Positions 1 through 9,228 of a DNA stretch of 55,295 nucleotides are shown here, one piece after another. The notes beneath the pieces were generated by a model. It did no database searches, was not told the origin of the DNA, and saw only the letters and a program-made list of their open reading frames with translations. The DNA comes from Planctomycetota bacterium (GTDB lineage: Bacteria > Planctomycetota > UBA1135 > GCA-002748355). Location: contig JAJRTL010000129.1 of the NCBI GenBank assembly GCA_024278315.1, positions 1 to 55,295 on the forward strand, written 5' to 3'. The number at the start of each line of letters is the position of its first letter. The first letter of the stretch is position 1. The position numbers and the translations under genes were made by a program.

Positions 1-1
1 A

Positions 2-2557
2 GAGCGGGGGTTTCGTCATCTGTTGCAGGAGGGGCAGGCTGAGCCAGAGACCCGAATGGCGCTGGCCGAAGGGTGGTTGCAGGCCGGGGAAGCGGCCCGG
101 GCACTGCCTCTCCTCCACGACCAGCCCTGGCTGCGGCTGCGCGCACTGCTCGACCTGGGTCGGGTTCGCGAGGCCAGTGAAGGGCTCCTGTCCCTGTCCC
201 CGGAGACCGGGTCCCAGGAGGGGCGCATCCGACTGGAGGCCACCATCGCGTGGTTATCGGGTCGCGCAGACGAGGCCTTGGAGTTGGCTCACCAGGCCGT
301 CCAGGAAGAAGGTGGGCCGGAGGCGGAGATCGTGTGGGCCCGCATCCTCGCAGAGACCGGCGATGCGAACCGAGCACGTGCACTTCTCGAAGCTGCCCGG
401 ACCACGCTGCGTCGTCAGCGGCGCCCCTACCTGCTGGCAGGGGTACTCTCGAACCTCGGAGAACTCCTCCGAAAGGAGGGTGAGTGGGTGGAGGCCTTGT
501 CCTGCCACCAGGAGGCACTCGCCCTCTATCAGGAGCTGGGTCACGCGAGATACTGTGCCTTGGTCCAGAGCAACATGGGCGTCGCCCTCAAGGATGCCTC
601 CCGATATGGAGAGGCTCTCGAGGCGCAACGCCGCGCGCGCGGTCTCTATGAACACGTCGGTGATGCGCGAGGAGCCGCCATTGCACTGGCCAATCAGGGC
701 ATCCTGCATCTCGAACTGGAGCAGCCTGACGTTGCCTTGGGAAAGCTCGAAGAGGCGAGAAAGTCATTGAGCCACCTGGGTGCAGACAATCTGGACACGA
801 GATTGCAACTGGAGATCGCCAGGGCATGTCTGGCACGTGGGGAGCTGGACAGAACTGAGGCCATGCTGCTAAATCTCGACGTGGATCCAGGTTTGGTGAA
901 TCTGTGGGATTCGATCCATACGTCATGCACGAGAGCGCGAGCAGAGAAGGTGACCGGCGAGAACGCAACAGGCGTAGATGAGAAAGGAAGAGAATCGAAG
1001 GTGGACGTGGAGAGAACAGGCAGGACAGGCAGTGAGCCCAACGGAGTACCACGTGAGGTCTTTCGCAGTTTCGTGGCGATCAACCGTAAACTTGCCAACG
1101 AGACCGATCTGGACCGGGCCATGCACGCGCTCCTGGATACTGCACTGACTCTCAGCGGTGCGCGTCAAGGGTATCTACTTCTCTCGGGGCCGACGGGTAT
1201 CCGCACGGAACTGAGGATCGGTCAGGGGCCCGGAAGCAAGGCCTACAGCCGGTCAATCGCCAATCGGGCCATCCAGGAGCAGCGCATCCTCGAGGGAGGA
1301 GAAGCCCTTGCTGATCGTGACCTTCTGCATATGCCTTCGGTCCGGAGGCTCGAGAAACGATCGGTGCTCTGCGTGCCGTTCCATTGCTCTTCGGGACAGA
1401 CGGGCGCTCTCTATGTCGAGCATCCCGGTCGGGCCGGTGTGTTTGGCGAGTCTGAAAAAGAACACCTCGAGGTCTTGGCTGATCAGGCAGCGATTGCCGT
1501 CGATCGCATGCAACGAGAGGAGACACTTACGGAGGATCTCTCCAAGAGTCGACGCGATCTGGATGTGGCGCGACAGGCCTTGGGAGCCCGTCGTCCCCGG
1601 CGCGAGTTGCTGGGGGCGAGTTCGGAGATGGAGCGCCTTCGTCAGGAGATCGAACGTCTCGCACCTTCCTCCTTGCCGGTTCTGATCCAGGGAGAAACGG
1701 GAACAGGAAAAGAGCTCGTGGCCGAGGCCTTGCATCGGGAGAGTCGGCGCGGCCAAGGGCCGTTCGTCAGCCAGAACTGTGCAGCCATCCCGATCGAACT
1801 CGCCGAATCTCTGTTGTTCGGTCATGTGAAGGGGGCCTTTACCGGGGCCGATGAGGATCGTCCAGGTCTGCTCGAACTGGCATCCGGCGGCACATTGTTC
1901 CTGGATGAGATCGGTGACCTCCCCTTGCTCCTGCAAGCCAAGCTCCTGAGAGCCCTGCAGGAAGGTGTCGTGCGACGTGTGGGAGGCGAACTGGAACATG
2001 GGTTGGACCTGCGGCTCCTGGCAGCCACCCATCGCGATTTGGAAGAGGACAGGCGGGAGGGGAGGTTTCGCGAAGACCTCTACTACAGGATCGCCGCGGC
2101 GACCTTGAGGATTCCACCCCTGCGCGCCCGCGGAGAGGATGCTCTCTTCCTCGCCGATCACTTCCTCCAGAAGCTCTGTCAACGTGAAGGAACGTCGGTT
2201 CGCCTCGCCCGGAGTGCCGAGGAGGAGATCCGGACCCATGCATGGCCCGGCAATGTGCGCGAACTCGAGTATGCGATCGCGAGGGCTTATCTGATGAACG
2301 AGGCAGGTGTGATCCTGTCCATGGGCCTGCAGGAGGTAGGCCAACCGGCAGGCGAGCCGGGGCACCAGCCAGAGGGCCAGGCGCCAGAGTTTTCCTGGCC
2401 CGTCACGAGTCTCAAAGAGGTAGAGAATCGGACCATCCAGGCTGTGCTCGCACATACGGGAGGCGACAAGACCCATGCCGCAAAGATTCTGTGCATCTCC
2501 CGGACCGCGCTGTACGAGAAGCTCAAGCGCATGAATGCCGAGCCGAAGAAGGGCTGA
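2..2557 (+). CDS. Sigma54-dependent enhancer-binding protein (TPR repeats - GAF - AAA+ - Fis-type HTH), 5'-partial
   Basis: Walker A GETGTGKE, GAFTGA loop (FGHVKGAFTGA), Walker B LFLDEIG, FREDLYYRI, WPGNVREL and C-terminal HTH (AAKILCISRTALYEKL). MalT-like TPRs (SNLGEL, SNMGVAL, ANQGIL). Frame is open from nt 2, so the true start lies upstream of the window. Confidence 0.93.
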   Translation, partial: ERGFRHLLQEGQAEPETRMALAEGWLQAGEAARALPLLHDQPWLRLRALLDLGRVREASEGLLSLSPETGSQEGRIRLEATIAWLSGRADEALELAHQAVQEEGGPEAEIVWARILAETGDANRARALLEAARTTLRRQRRPYLLAGVLSNLGELLRKEGEWVEALSCHQEALALYQELGHARYCALVQSNMGVALKDASRYGEALEAQRRARGLYEHVGDARGAAIALANQGILHLELEQPDVALGKLEEARKSLSHLGADNLDTRLQLEIARACLARGELDRTEAMLLNLDVDPGLVNLWDSIHTSCTRARAEKVTGENATGVDEKGRESKVDVERTGRTGSEPNGVPREVFRSFVAINRKLANETDLDRAMHALLDTALTLSGARQGYLLLSGPTGIRTELRIGQGPGSKAYSRSIANRAIQEQRILEGGEALADRDLLHMPSVRRLEKRSVLCVPFHCSSGQTGALYVEHPGRAGVFGESEKEHLEVLADQAAIAVDRMQREETLTEDLSKSRRDLDVARQALGARRPRRELLGASSEMERLRQEIERLAPSSLPVLIQGETGTGKELVAEALHRESRRGQGPFVSQNCAAIPIELAESLLFGHVKGAFTGADEDRPGLLELASGGTLFLDEIGDLPLLLQAKLLRALQEGVVRRVGGELEHGLDLRLLAATHRDLEEDRREGRFREDLYYRIAAATLRIPPLRARGEDALFLADHFLQKLCQREGTSVRLARSAEEEIRTHAWPGNVRELEYAIARAYLMNEAGVILSMGLQEVGQPAGEPGHQPEGQAPEFSWPVTSLKEVENRTIQAVLAHTGGDKTHAAKILCISRTALYEKLKRMNAEPKKG

Positions 2558-2578
2558 ACCGGCAATCGGGTCCGGATC

Positions 2579-2627
2579 GGGCCGGATTCCGGACGAGACC
2601 CTCTGCGCAATGTCCTGTTTCCGGACA
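2579..2627. promoter_or_regulatory. Putative upstream activator sites (TGTCC-N7-GGACA at 2611-2627; degenerate copy at 2579-2595)
   Basis: Palindromic arms in TGTCCTGTTTCCGGACA. A second copy, GGGCCGGATTCCGGACG, lies 32 bp upstream. TGT-N11-ACA is a typical bEBP site geometry. Confidence 0.55.
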
Positions 2628-2647
2628 GGAGGCCCCAGGATCGTCTT

Positions 2648-2663
2648 TGGCACGACTCTTGAG
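2648..2663 (+). promoter_or_regulatory. Sigma54 (-24/-12)-like promoter
   Basis: TGGCACGACTCTTGAG versus consensus TGGCACG-N4-TTGCW (GA instead of GC at -12), 40 nt upstream of ATG 2703. Confidence 0.6.
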
Positions 2664-2702
2664 ATTGAGGTGGTCGTAACGCAATCCACAGGAGTCCAGA
2701 TC

Positions 2703-3302
2703 ATGAATGTCATCCAGCAGAGTTCCATCGCCTTGATGCTCCTGGGAGGGAGCTTGTTCGCCCAGACGCAGACTCAGACCGTCAGAGGCAAGGTCGAGGA
2801 TGTGAAAGGCACGACAGGCAAGTTCGTGCTCAAGTGCACCAATATCCCCCTGACCAGCAAGGCCCTGGTTCTCAAGACTCTCATGGGAACGCAGCAGATT
2901 CTCCAGGTCGTGAACACAGGAACAGCCGCGAAACCGGTTCTCGAGGTCAAGTCGGCCAAGGCCACGACCAAGGTCTTCGACATGGGAAACCTGAGATTCG
3001 GCAAGAGCGCCCGGTGGCAGGTCCACTCCACACCAGGCAATACGGCTCTGGTTTTCCTCAATGGGCTGCCCCGCACGGGATATCTGCCACTGGGCAATCT
3101 CGGCACCTGGCTCATCGGTCTGGATGCCCAGTTCGTGACGTCGGGAACCGTCCATGCCAGGGGGCAATTCGAGTTTTCATTCACCATGCCCCGTCTTCCA
3201 GGGCTGGTGGGAGCTACCTTCGTGGGACAGGCGGTGGTAGTGGACAAGAGCAGGGGGATCCTGATCAGCAACAGTGACTGCAAGCAGGTGCGGTCGCGCT
3301 GA
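2703..3302 (+). CDS. Secreted beta-rich hypothetical protein
   Basis: AGGAG RBS near 2690, ATG 2703, signal peptide (SIALMLLGGSLFA|Q). Same frame as ORF 2535..3302. Confidence 0.8.
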   Translation: MNVIQQSSIALMLLGGSLFAQTQTQTVRGKVEDVKGTTGKFVLKCTNIPLTSKALVLKTLMGTQQILQVVNTGTAAKPVLEVKSAKATTKVFDMGNLRFGKSARWQVHSTPGNTALVFLNGLPRTGYLPLGNLGTWLIGLDAQFVTSGTVHARGQFEFSFTMPRLPGLVGATFVGQAVVVDKSRGILISNSDCKQVRSR

Positions 3303-3304
3303 TC

Positions 3305-3376
3305 GGGGACACGAGAAGAGAGGGAGGGCGGGTGTTTCACTTGGGATCGTGGCACCCGCCCATTTTTCTCGGTCCC
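3305..3376 (+). terminator. Rho-independent terminator / long hairpin
   Basis: GGGCGGGTG (3326-3334) pairs with CACCCGCCC (3353-3361), followed by ATTTTT. Outer arms GGGGAC-ACGAGAAGA / TTTTTCTCG-GTCCCT extend the stem. Confidence 0.7.
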
Positions 3377-3411
3377 TGGCTCCTCTCGAGCAGGGCTTCC
3401 GGATGCGAGCC

Positions 3412-3428
3412 TGTCCGGGACCCTGACA
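3412..3428. promoter_or_regulatory. Putative upstream activator site TGTCCGGGACCCTGACA
   Basis: 17-bp TGTC-N9-GACA palindrome matching the 2611-2627 site. Confidence 0.55.
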
Positions 3429-3452
3429 GAGTGGGGGGGATCAGGGTAGGAT

Positions 3453-3468
3453 CGGCACCGCATTGGCT
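3453..3468 (+). promoter_or_regulatory. Sigma54 (-24/-12)-like promoter
   Basis: CGGCACCGCATTGGCT with exact GG-N10-GC spacing, upstream of ATG 3487. Confidence 0.5.
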
Positions 3469-3486
3469 CCTCTTGGTTTTCTGATC

Positions 3487-5157
3487 ATGAACAAATTCGC
3501 CCTCTCCTCTCTCACGTTCTTGGCCTTTCTGGCTCCGGTTTCGGCACAAAGTCTGACCGTGGCCGAAGGCCCTGCCCAGGGCCAGCTGCAGATCCGGGTC
3601 CATGACGAGAGGCAGGCGACCCTGCCGTCACGGATCTTCCTCGAGAAGGTCGAGTTCCTGCCCTTGGAGGTCACGCTTCGGACGGACTTGCAGAAGTACC
3701 GGACCGACCGAGCTCGTCGGACACAGCGACAGGGGCTTTGGAGGGTCGAGCTTCCCGGAGGAGGCAGGATCTTTCGCTACCGCAGAGCTGGTGGTACGCG
3801 CTACGGCTTCTTGTTGATCAAGGCGGACGGCATGCCCTCGATCCTCCTCGAACTCCCGGGCCTGGGTATGGGAGGGCTGTCCGATCCCTTCGCGGATCGA
3901 TTCGGTGTTGCTGCAGATGGCCAGAATGCTGCCGTGTCCACTGTGGCGGGCGCGCTCTATCACATTCGTTTGGACGGCCGCAGTTTTGTGAGCAGCAAGA
4001 CTCCCGCACGGTCGATTGCTGTGACCGGGATCGTCGAAGCCAAGAGTCTGGCTGTCGGGAAGCGTGTTCTGTTCTACCAGACGGGCAAGACGAGGCTTTG
4101 GCGCCTGGCTCTCGTCGATGCCAGCAAGCCTGTGGAGGTCGGCCCCAAGATCGTCACAGGGGGACGCCTCAAGGAGGAGATGGCTCTCGCTGGCAACGGC
4201 ACTCGGCTGGCATTCCTGGCAGGGCCCAAGAAGCTGCAGCACATCTATATCGTCGGAGAGGCAGGCAAGGCGCTTCGCATCACCAGCAAGGCCGCGAAAT
4301 ACGAGGATGCGGGATACCTCCCGGAGACCGTGATGGGGCCAACCCTGCTCTTCGACGATACAGGAACCAAGCTCTTCTACGTCGACTCGACGATTCGAGA
4401 GGAGCTCTATCTGCGGGACCTTCTGAAAGCTGGCAGCGCGCTCCACATCACCAGCAACACCAACTTCCAGCCCTACATCGGGACAGGTGTCCTTCCGGTC
4501 TTCCTGTCAGGAAAACTGATGGTCGGCATCGGTAATCCCAAGGCCTTCGACTGGTATCTGGCCGATCCTGCCAAGGGGACGGTCCAGAATCTGAGTCGGA
4601 GTCCGGGCAACACCAAGGCGCCGTTCGGAGCCGGCCTCCTGGACATCCAGGGGAGCGGAAGTCTTGCCGGGCGGGATTCCATGGTGGTGGAGGCCTTGAA
4701 GGGAGGCGCATATCGCCTCCGGCTCTTCCCGATCAAGCCTCCCCACAAGCCCCTCGTCATCGATGGACTCCAGACCCTGCCCCACCCCGGCAGCTCCTCG
4801 GCGGGGTCGGCGGACATCCTCGTCTCGCGCAAGGCAGGTGACATCATCCTGGACGAGGCTCAGGCGAAGACGCTCATTGCCTTGCCTTCACCATTTCGCC
4901 TGGCCTCTCCGATCAAGACCGCCTACTTTCGCTTCTTCATGGTCGAAATCTCGGGATTCCAGGTGCCCGTCTTCTACGAGCCCCAGAAGTTCCTGCTCGT
5001 GCTGCCTCCCTCGAAAGGGACATCACTACCCATCCTGAGTCCCGCTGGCGCGCTCGTGCTGCATGGGTCCAAGCTCCTCTATTTCGGCCCCCGCTGGGCA
5101 ACGAGTCTGCCTCCGGCCAAGGGGATCCGTCGGGTTCTCTCGGGACAGGGCGCCTGA
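3487..5157 (+). CDS. Secreted beta-propeller-like hypothetical protein
   Basis: ATG 3487, signal peptide MNKFALSSLTFLAFLAPVSA|Q. Repeated propeller-like turns (AADGQNAAV, AGNGTRLAF, DDTGTKLFY, SPAGALV). Confidence 0.8.
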   Translation: MNKFALSSLTFLAFLAPVSAQSLTVAEGPAQGQLQIRVHDERQATLPSRIFLEKVEFLPLEVTLRTDLQKYRTDRARRTQRQGLWRVELPGGGRIFRYRRAGGTRYGFLLIKADGMPSILLELPGLGMGGLSDPFADRFGVAADGQNAAVSTVAGALYHIRLDGRSFVSSKTPARSIAVTGIVEAKSLAVGKRVLFYQTGKTRLWRLALVDASKPVEVGPKIVTGGRLKEEMALAGNGTRLAFLAGPKKLQHIYIVGEAGKALRITSKAAKYEDAGYLPETVMGPTLLFDDTGTKLFYVDSTIREELYLRDLLKAGSALHITSNTNFQPYIGTGVLPVFLSGKLMVGIGNPKAFDWYLADPAKGTVQNLSRSPGNTKAPFGAGLLDIQGSGSLAGRDSMVVEALKGGAYRLRLFPIKPPHKPLVIDGLQTLPHPGSSSAGSADILVSRKAGDIILDEAQAKTLIALPSPFRLASPIKTAYFRFFMVEISGFQVPVFYEPQKFLLVLPPSKGTSLPILSPAGALVLHGSKLLYFGPRWATSLPPAKGIRRVLSGQGA

Positions 5158-5369
5158 TCCCCAAGGGGAGCACAACAGGGTGCGATTACCTGTTCGTTCG
5201 TGTCTGGGATGGTCCCGCGCAGCCAGGGCTTATGGCGGTGGCGGTCTACGCACAGTTCCGATGATGGATCTTTGAAGTGCAGGCGATCCTAGGGCAGACT
5301 TTCTGACCGTTTTGCGGACTTTCTGCTCCTGCCTAGCCTTCGATATCCCGAGATCCCGGAGAGAGAACC

Positions 5370-6560
5370 ATGGCCCTCGAAAAGACCTACATCCCCTACG
5401 GCGCCTATTGGAGCAGCCCCTTCTGCCGCTGGCAGGGTGGCCTCAGCAGTGAGAACTCGGTCAAGCTCGCTGCGCAGGCGACGACGCGTTTCTTGGAGGC
5501 TCGTGGAATCGACAAGTCAGTCTTCGATACCTTGGCTCTTGGCATCACCGTGCCTCAGAAGCACAGCTTCTACGGGGCTCCCTGGCTGGCCGGCATGATC
5601 GGAGCCGAGAGCATCACGGGGCCCACGCTGTCCCAGGCCTGTGCTACGTCGGCGAGGGTCATGGCCAGCCTGGCCTCCGAGATCGAGACCGGCATGAGTG
5701 ACTGCGCACTCGGTGTGGCCTGTGATCGGACGAGCAACGGTCCCCACATCGTCTATCCCAATCCCAAGGGGATTGGCGGTATGGGTGACACCGAGGAGTG
5801 GGTCTGGGACAACTTCAGCTTCGATCCGCATGCGCGCAACGCGATGCTGCAGACCGCGGAGAATGTGGCCAAGGATGAGGGCATCACCACCGAGGAGCAG
5901 CACGAGATCGTCCTGATCCGCAATGATCAGTACGCCAAGGCACTGGCCGACGATCGTGCTTTCCAGAAGCGCTATATGCTGCCAATGGAGATCGGTCGCG
6001 GCAAGCGCGCCAAGATGGTGGACGCGGACGAGGGGATCTTCCCCACGACCAAGGAAGGGCTTGCTGGACTGAAGCCCGCGCAGGAGGGTGGCACGGTCAC
6101 CTTCGGTGGGCAGACGCACCCTGCCGATGGCAATGCAGGCATCGTCCTCTGCAGCAAGGACAAGGCCGATCGTCTCTCCAAGGATGCGCAGGTCACGATC
6201 CAGGTCCTGTCCTTCGGGTCGACCCGGGTGCAGAAGGGACACATGCCTCAGGCCGTCGTTCCGGCTGCCGAGGTGGCTCTCTCACGAGCTGGAATCGGCA
6301 TCGGCGACCTCAAGGCCATCAAGACCCACAACCCCTTCGCGGTCAACGACGCCTACTTCTGTCGCAAGTTCGATCTCTCACCAGAAAAGATGAACGACTA
6401 CGGTTCACCGCTGGTCTACGGCCATCCCCAGGGACCTACGGGGCTTCGCGTCGTTGTCGAACTCATCGAGCAACTCGTGATCGAAGGTGGTGGTTACGGC
6501 CTGTTCTCGGGCTGTGCTGCTGGAGACACGGCCATGGCCCTGGTCCTCAAGGTCAGCTGA
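5370..6560 (+). CDS. Thiolase family protein (acetyl-CoA C-acyltransferase)
   Basis: QACATS catalytic Cys, PADGNA, GHPQGPTG and C-terminal CAAGD; 396 aa. Confidence 0.9.
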   Translation: MALEKTYIPYGAYWSSPFCRWQGGLSSENSVKLAAQATTRFLEARGIDKSVFDTLALGITVPQKHSFYGAPWLAGMIGAESITGPTLSQACATSARVMASLASEIETGMSDCALGVACDRTSNGPHIVYPNPKGIGGMGDTEEWVWDNFSFDPHARNAMLQTAENVAKDEGITTEEQHEIVLIRNDQYAKALADDRAFQKRYMLPMEIGRGKRAKMVDADEGIFPTTKEGLAGLKPAQEGGTVTFGGQTHPADGNAGIVLCSKDKADRLSKDAQVTIQVLSFGSTRVQKGHMPQAVVPAAEVALSRAGIGIGDLKAIKTHNPFAVNDAYFCRKFDLSPEKMNDYGSPLVYGHPQGPTGLRVVVELIEQLVIEGGGYGLFSGCAAGDTAMALVLKVS

Positions 6561-6591
6561 GCCGGTTGCCTCCGAAACAGCGCAGGATCCT

Positions 6592-8106
6592 CTATCGGCG
6601 GACGTAGGTGCCGCCGTTTTCTTTGGCGAGTTGCCGCAGGAATCCGTTGGCCTTGGGGCCTCGGATTCCGAGGCCCACCGTGTGGATGCGGATGCGCCGC
6701 AAGGGATTCCAGCGACGTACGGCCGAGAGGATCTCATCGGGGACGTCCCCTGACAGGCCCCTGCCGCGCCCTTTGACCGTACGTTTGGGGCGTGTCGGTG
6801 CACCGTCACTCAGGAAGAAGATCGTATCCACGGTGAGGGGATAGTAGCGATCACGGCTTCCCCGGCCAGCGGAGTAGAAGGCCAGATCGAGTGCATCATA
6901 GATGTTGGTCTGGAACTTGAGCTGGAGACCCTTGAGCCAGGTCTTGGCACTTTCGATGTTCTTGGGTGTGGCGGGTTGTTGCTTGTCAGCGAAGCGATAG
7001 AGCCGATTGGCGAATCCCAGCAGGTTGAACTTCTTGTTGGGAGTCAAGGCCTCGAGGGCTTTGGCCAACTCCCTCATGAGTCGGTCGATGCGGCGCTCCT
7101 TCTCTTGAGCCGCTCCCCCCCTTCTTCCCGGTCGCCTCTTCAGGATGGCCTTCATGGAGAGGGAGACGTCGAAGACATAGAGGATGGAGGCGCCGTCCTG
7201 TGGGATATCGAAGTACGTTCCCGTTCCCTCGGCCGGTCGGGATTTCTTCTGAGTGGGGAGGGTATCGCCCAGCTCCGTCTCGCCGCTCAAGTATGGAGCG
7301 CCTTCCTTCTGCAGCCAGTCTCTCCAGCTCTTGCGGCTCGGGCCGAGACTCCTGCCGGTGAACTGTGCGAGAGTGTCTGCGATCAGGTCTCTCAGCCTGC
7401 CTGTCTCCTTGGGCAGGCGGTCCATGAGCGGCTCCAGGGATGGTGGCCAGCGCAGGGAAGCCAGGGCCAGGACGGCCTCCGTCCGGACATCGAGGTTCTT
7501 CGATTGAAGTCGCTGCAAGACCCAGGGCCCCGCACCCTGTGCCCGGAATCCCAGGCGCGTGAAGAGCTTCAGGAGCACCATGCTCTCCTCGTCGTTGTCC
7601 TTCTTCTTGCCGACCTTTCGGAGCAGGTTGTTGAGTTCCTTGGCATCCAGCTTTCCTGCACAGTTGGCGAGTGTGATCTGGAGCGTTAGCGGCAGATTCT
7701 TTTTGCTACGAAGCAACGATTTCATCATGGCTTGCAACGATGCGTTCGCCTTCTGCATCGCCAAGGCATCGAGGATTCCATCCTGGAGATTACGGATGGG
7801 TTGGAGCTTCATCCGAAGGGGGTAGGTCAACCCAGAATTGCTGCGCGGGAGCAATTTGCGACGCTTCTCGGCGTAGGGTGTAAGCTCCTGTTCGAGCGTA
7901 GCGTAGGCAGTGATCAACGCGCGGGTGACCGAGACCGAATCGAATCGCTTGATGGCATCCAGCGCCCGCTGTTTATCGTCAAAGGTCCGATAGGTCTTCT
8001 GGCCCCCCGAAAACGCGGCCTTGAACCTGCCCAACGCACCCGATGGGCCTTGAGCGAGCAGATTCGTCGAGAAGAGCAGACTGAGGATGAGGGATGCCTG
8101 GCGCAT
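6592..8106 (-). CDS. Secreted HEAT-repeat / VWA domain protein
   Basis: Signal peptide, HEAT-like VRTEAVLALASL, MIDAS DVSLSM, FLSDGAP, IHTVGLG, LRQLAKENGG. Confidence 0.85.
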   Translation of the reverse strand: MRQASLILSLLFSTNLLAQGPSGALGRFKAAFSGGQKTYRTFDDKQRALDAIKRFDSVSVTRALITAYATLEQELTPYAEKRRKLLPRSNSGLTYPLRMKLQPIRNLQDGILDALAMQKANASLQAMMKSLLRSKKNLPLTLQITLANCAGKLDAKELNNLLRKVGKKKDNDEESMVLLKLFTRLGFRAQGAGPWVLQRLQSKNLDVRTEAVLALASLRWPPSLEPLMDRLPKETGRLRDLIADTLAQFTGRSLGPSRKSWRDWLQKEGAPYLSGETELGDTLPTQKKSRPAEGTGTYFDIPQDGASILYVFDVSLSMKAILKRRPGRRGGAAQEKERRIDRLMRELAKALEALTPNKKFNLLGFANRLYRFADKQQPATPKNIESAKTWLKGLQLKFQTNIYDALDLAFYSAGRGSRDRYYPLTVDTIFFLSDGAPTRPKRTVKGRGRGLSGDVPDEILSAVRRWNPLRRIRIHTVGLGIRGPKANGFLRQLAKENGGTYVRR

Positions 8107-8183
8107 ACCCTCATCCTAGCGAGCCTCCACCGGACTCGCTGCCATCGATGTCGTTAGAATGTGCCTTCCTGAGTGGCTTGGAA

Positions 8184-9215
8184 TCAGATGCGAGCGGGCT
8201 CCGCGCTCTTGGACTGTCGCGGGGGCAGTGGCTGGAGCAGGGCTTTGGCCGTCCGCATCTGGACCTGCGTGTGGATCCAGGCGTAGGTCTTGGCGAGGCC
8301 TTCCTCGAGCTTGATCCGGGGTTCCCAACCCAGGACCTCACGTAGCAGGGAGTTGTCGGAGTTCCTTCCACGAACACCTTCGGGCCCCTCGATGTGCTTG
8401 ACATCAATCGATACGCCGGCGATGTCGGCGATCAATTCGGCCAGTGCGTTGATGGAGATCAGGCGGGCGTTTCCGAGATTGATCGGTTCGTGGTGCTTGC
8501 TCGCCATGAGCCGAACGAGGCCCTCGAGGCAATCGTCGATGTAGCAGAAGCTCCTCGTCTGCTCGCCGTCACCCCAGATCTCGATCCTGTGATCTCCGGA
8601 CAGCGCGGCGTTGGCGATCTTCCGGGAGAGGGCCGCTGGTGCCTTCTCGCGTCCACCATCCCAGGTCCCCTCTGGGCCGTAGATGTTATGGAACCGCACG
8701 CAGCTGGTTTCGAGACCATAGTCGAGACGATAGTGGTGCAGCAGCTTCTCGGTCGTGAGCTTCTCCCATCCGTAGGCATCCTGGGGATCGGCCGGATAGG
8801 CGTCGTCTTCCTTGAGAGGCGTGACCTCGGTCTCCGTCTGTTTGTAGTTGGGGTAGATGCAGGCGGATGAGGCGTAGAGGATCTTCCCGACTCCCTGGGC
8901 GCGCGCCGCTTCGATCGTGTGGAAGTCGATCATCGTATTGCCGTAGAGGATCTCCGAGTGGTGGTTGGAGATGAAGCCCATGCCACCCATGTCGGCTGCC
9001 AAGGCGTAGACTTCGTCCATCCCCTCCGCAGCTTTCATGGCATTCTCCGGTCGGCGCAGGTCCAGGAGCAGGGACTCCTGCGCAAAGCAGGGCAAGAACT
9101 CGGACTTCTTGATGTCGACGCCACGGACGTAGTGACCTTCTTCGACGAGGCGATTCACGAGATGACTACCGATGAATCCACCGGCTCCCGTAACGAGGAT
9201 CTTCTTGGGCACCAT
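8184..9215 (-). CDS. GDP-mannose 3,5-epimerase-like NAD-dependent epimerase
   Basis: GAGGFIG, LAADMGGMGFI, SSACIYP, YGWEK, GGREKAPAA and GPEGVRGRNSDN are GME-type signatures. AAGGAG RBS before ATG 9215. Confidence 0.88.
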   Translation of the reverse strand: MVPKKILVTGAGGFIGSHLVNRLVEEGHYVRGVDIKKSEFLPCFAQESLLLDLRRPENAMKAAEGMDEVYALAADMGGMGFISNHHSEILYGNTMIDFHTIEAARAQGVGKILYASSACIYPNYKQTETEVTPLKEDDAYPADPQDAYGWEKLTTEKLLHHYRLDYGLETSCVRFHNIYGPEGTWDGGREKAPAALSRKIANAALSGDHRIEIWGDGEQTRSFCYIDDCLEGLVRLMASKHHEPINLGNARLISINALAELIADIAGVSIDVKHIEGPEGVRGRNSDNSLLREVLGWEPRIKLEEGLAKTYAWIHTQVQMRTAKALLQPLPPRQSKSAEPARI

Positions 9216-9228
9216 GAGGGACTCCTTT

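Noticed and set aside
980-1010. Purine-rich tract plus GTG as an internal start of the sigma54 activator
   Set aside because: Equally explained by a Glu/Lys/Arg linker; SD spacing is unconvincing.
3350-3365. TGGCAC as a third sigma54 promoter
   Set aside because: No GC at -12; it is part of the terminator stem.
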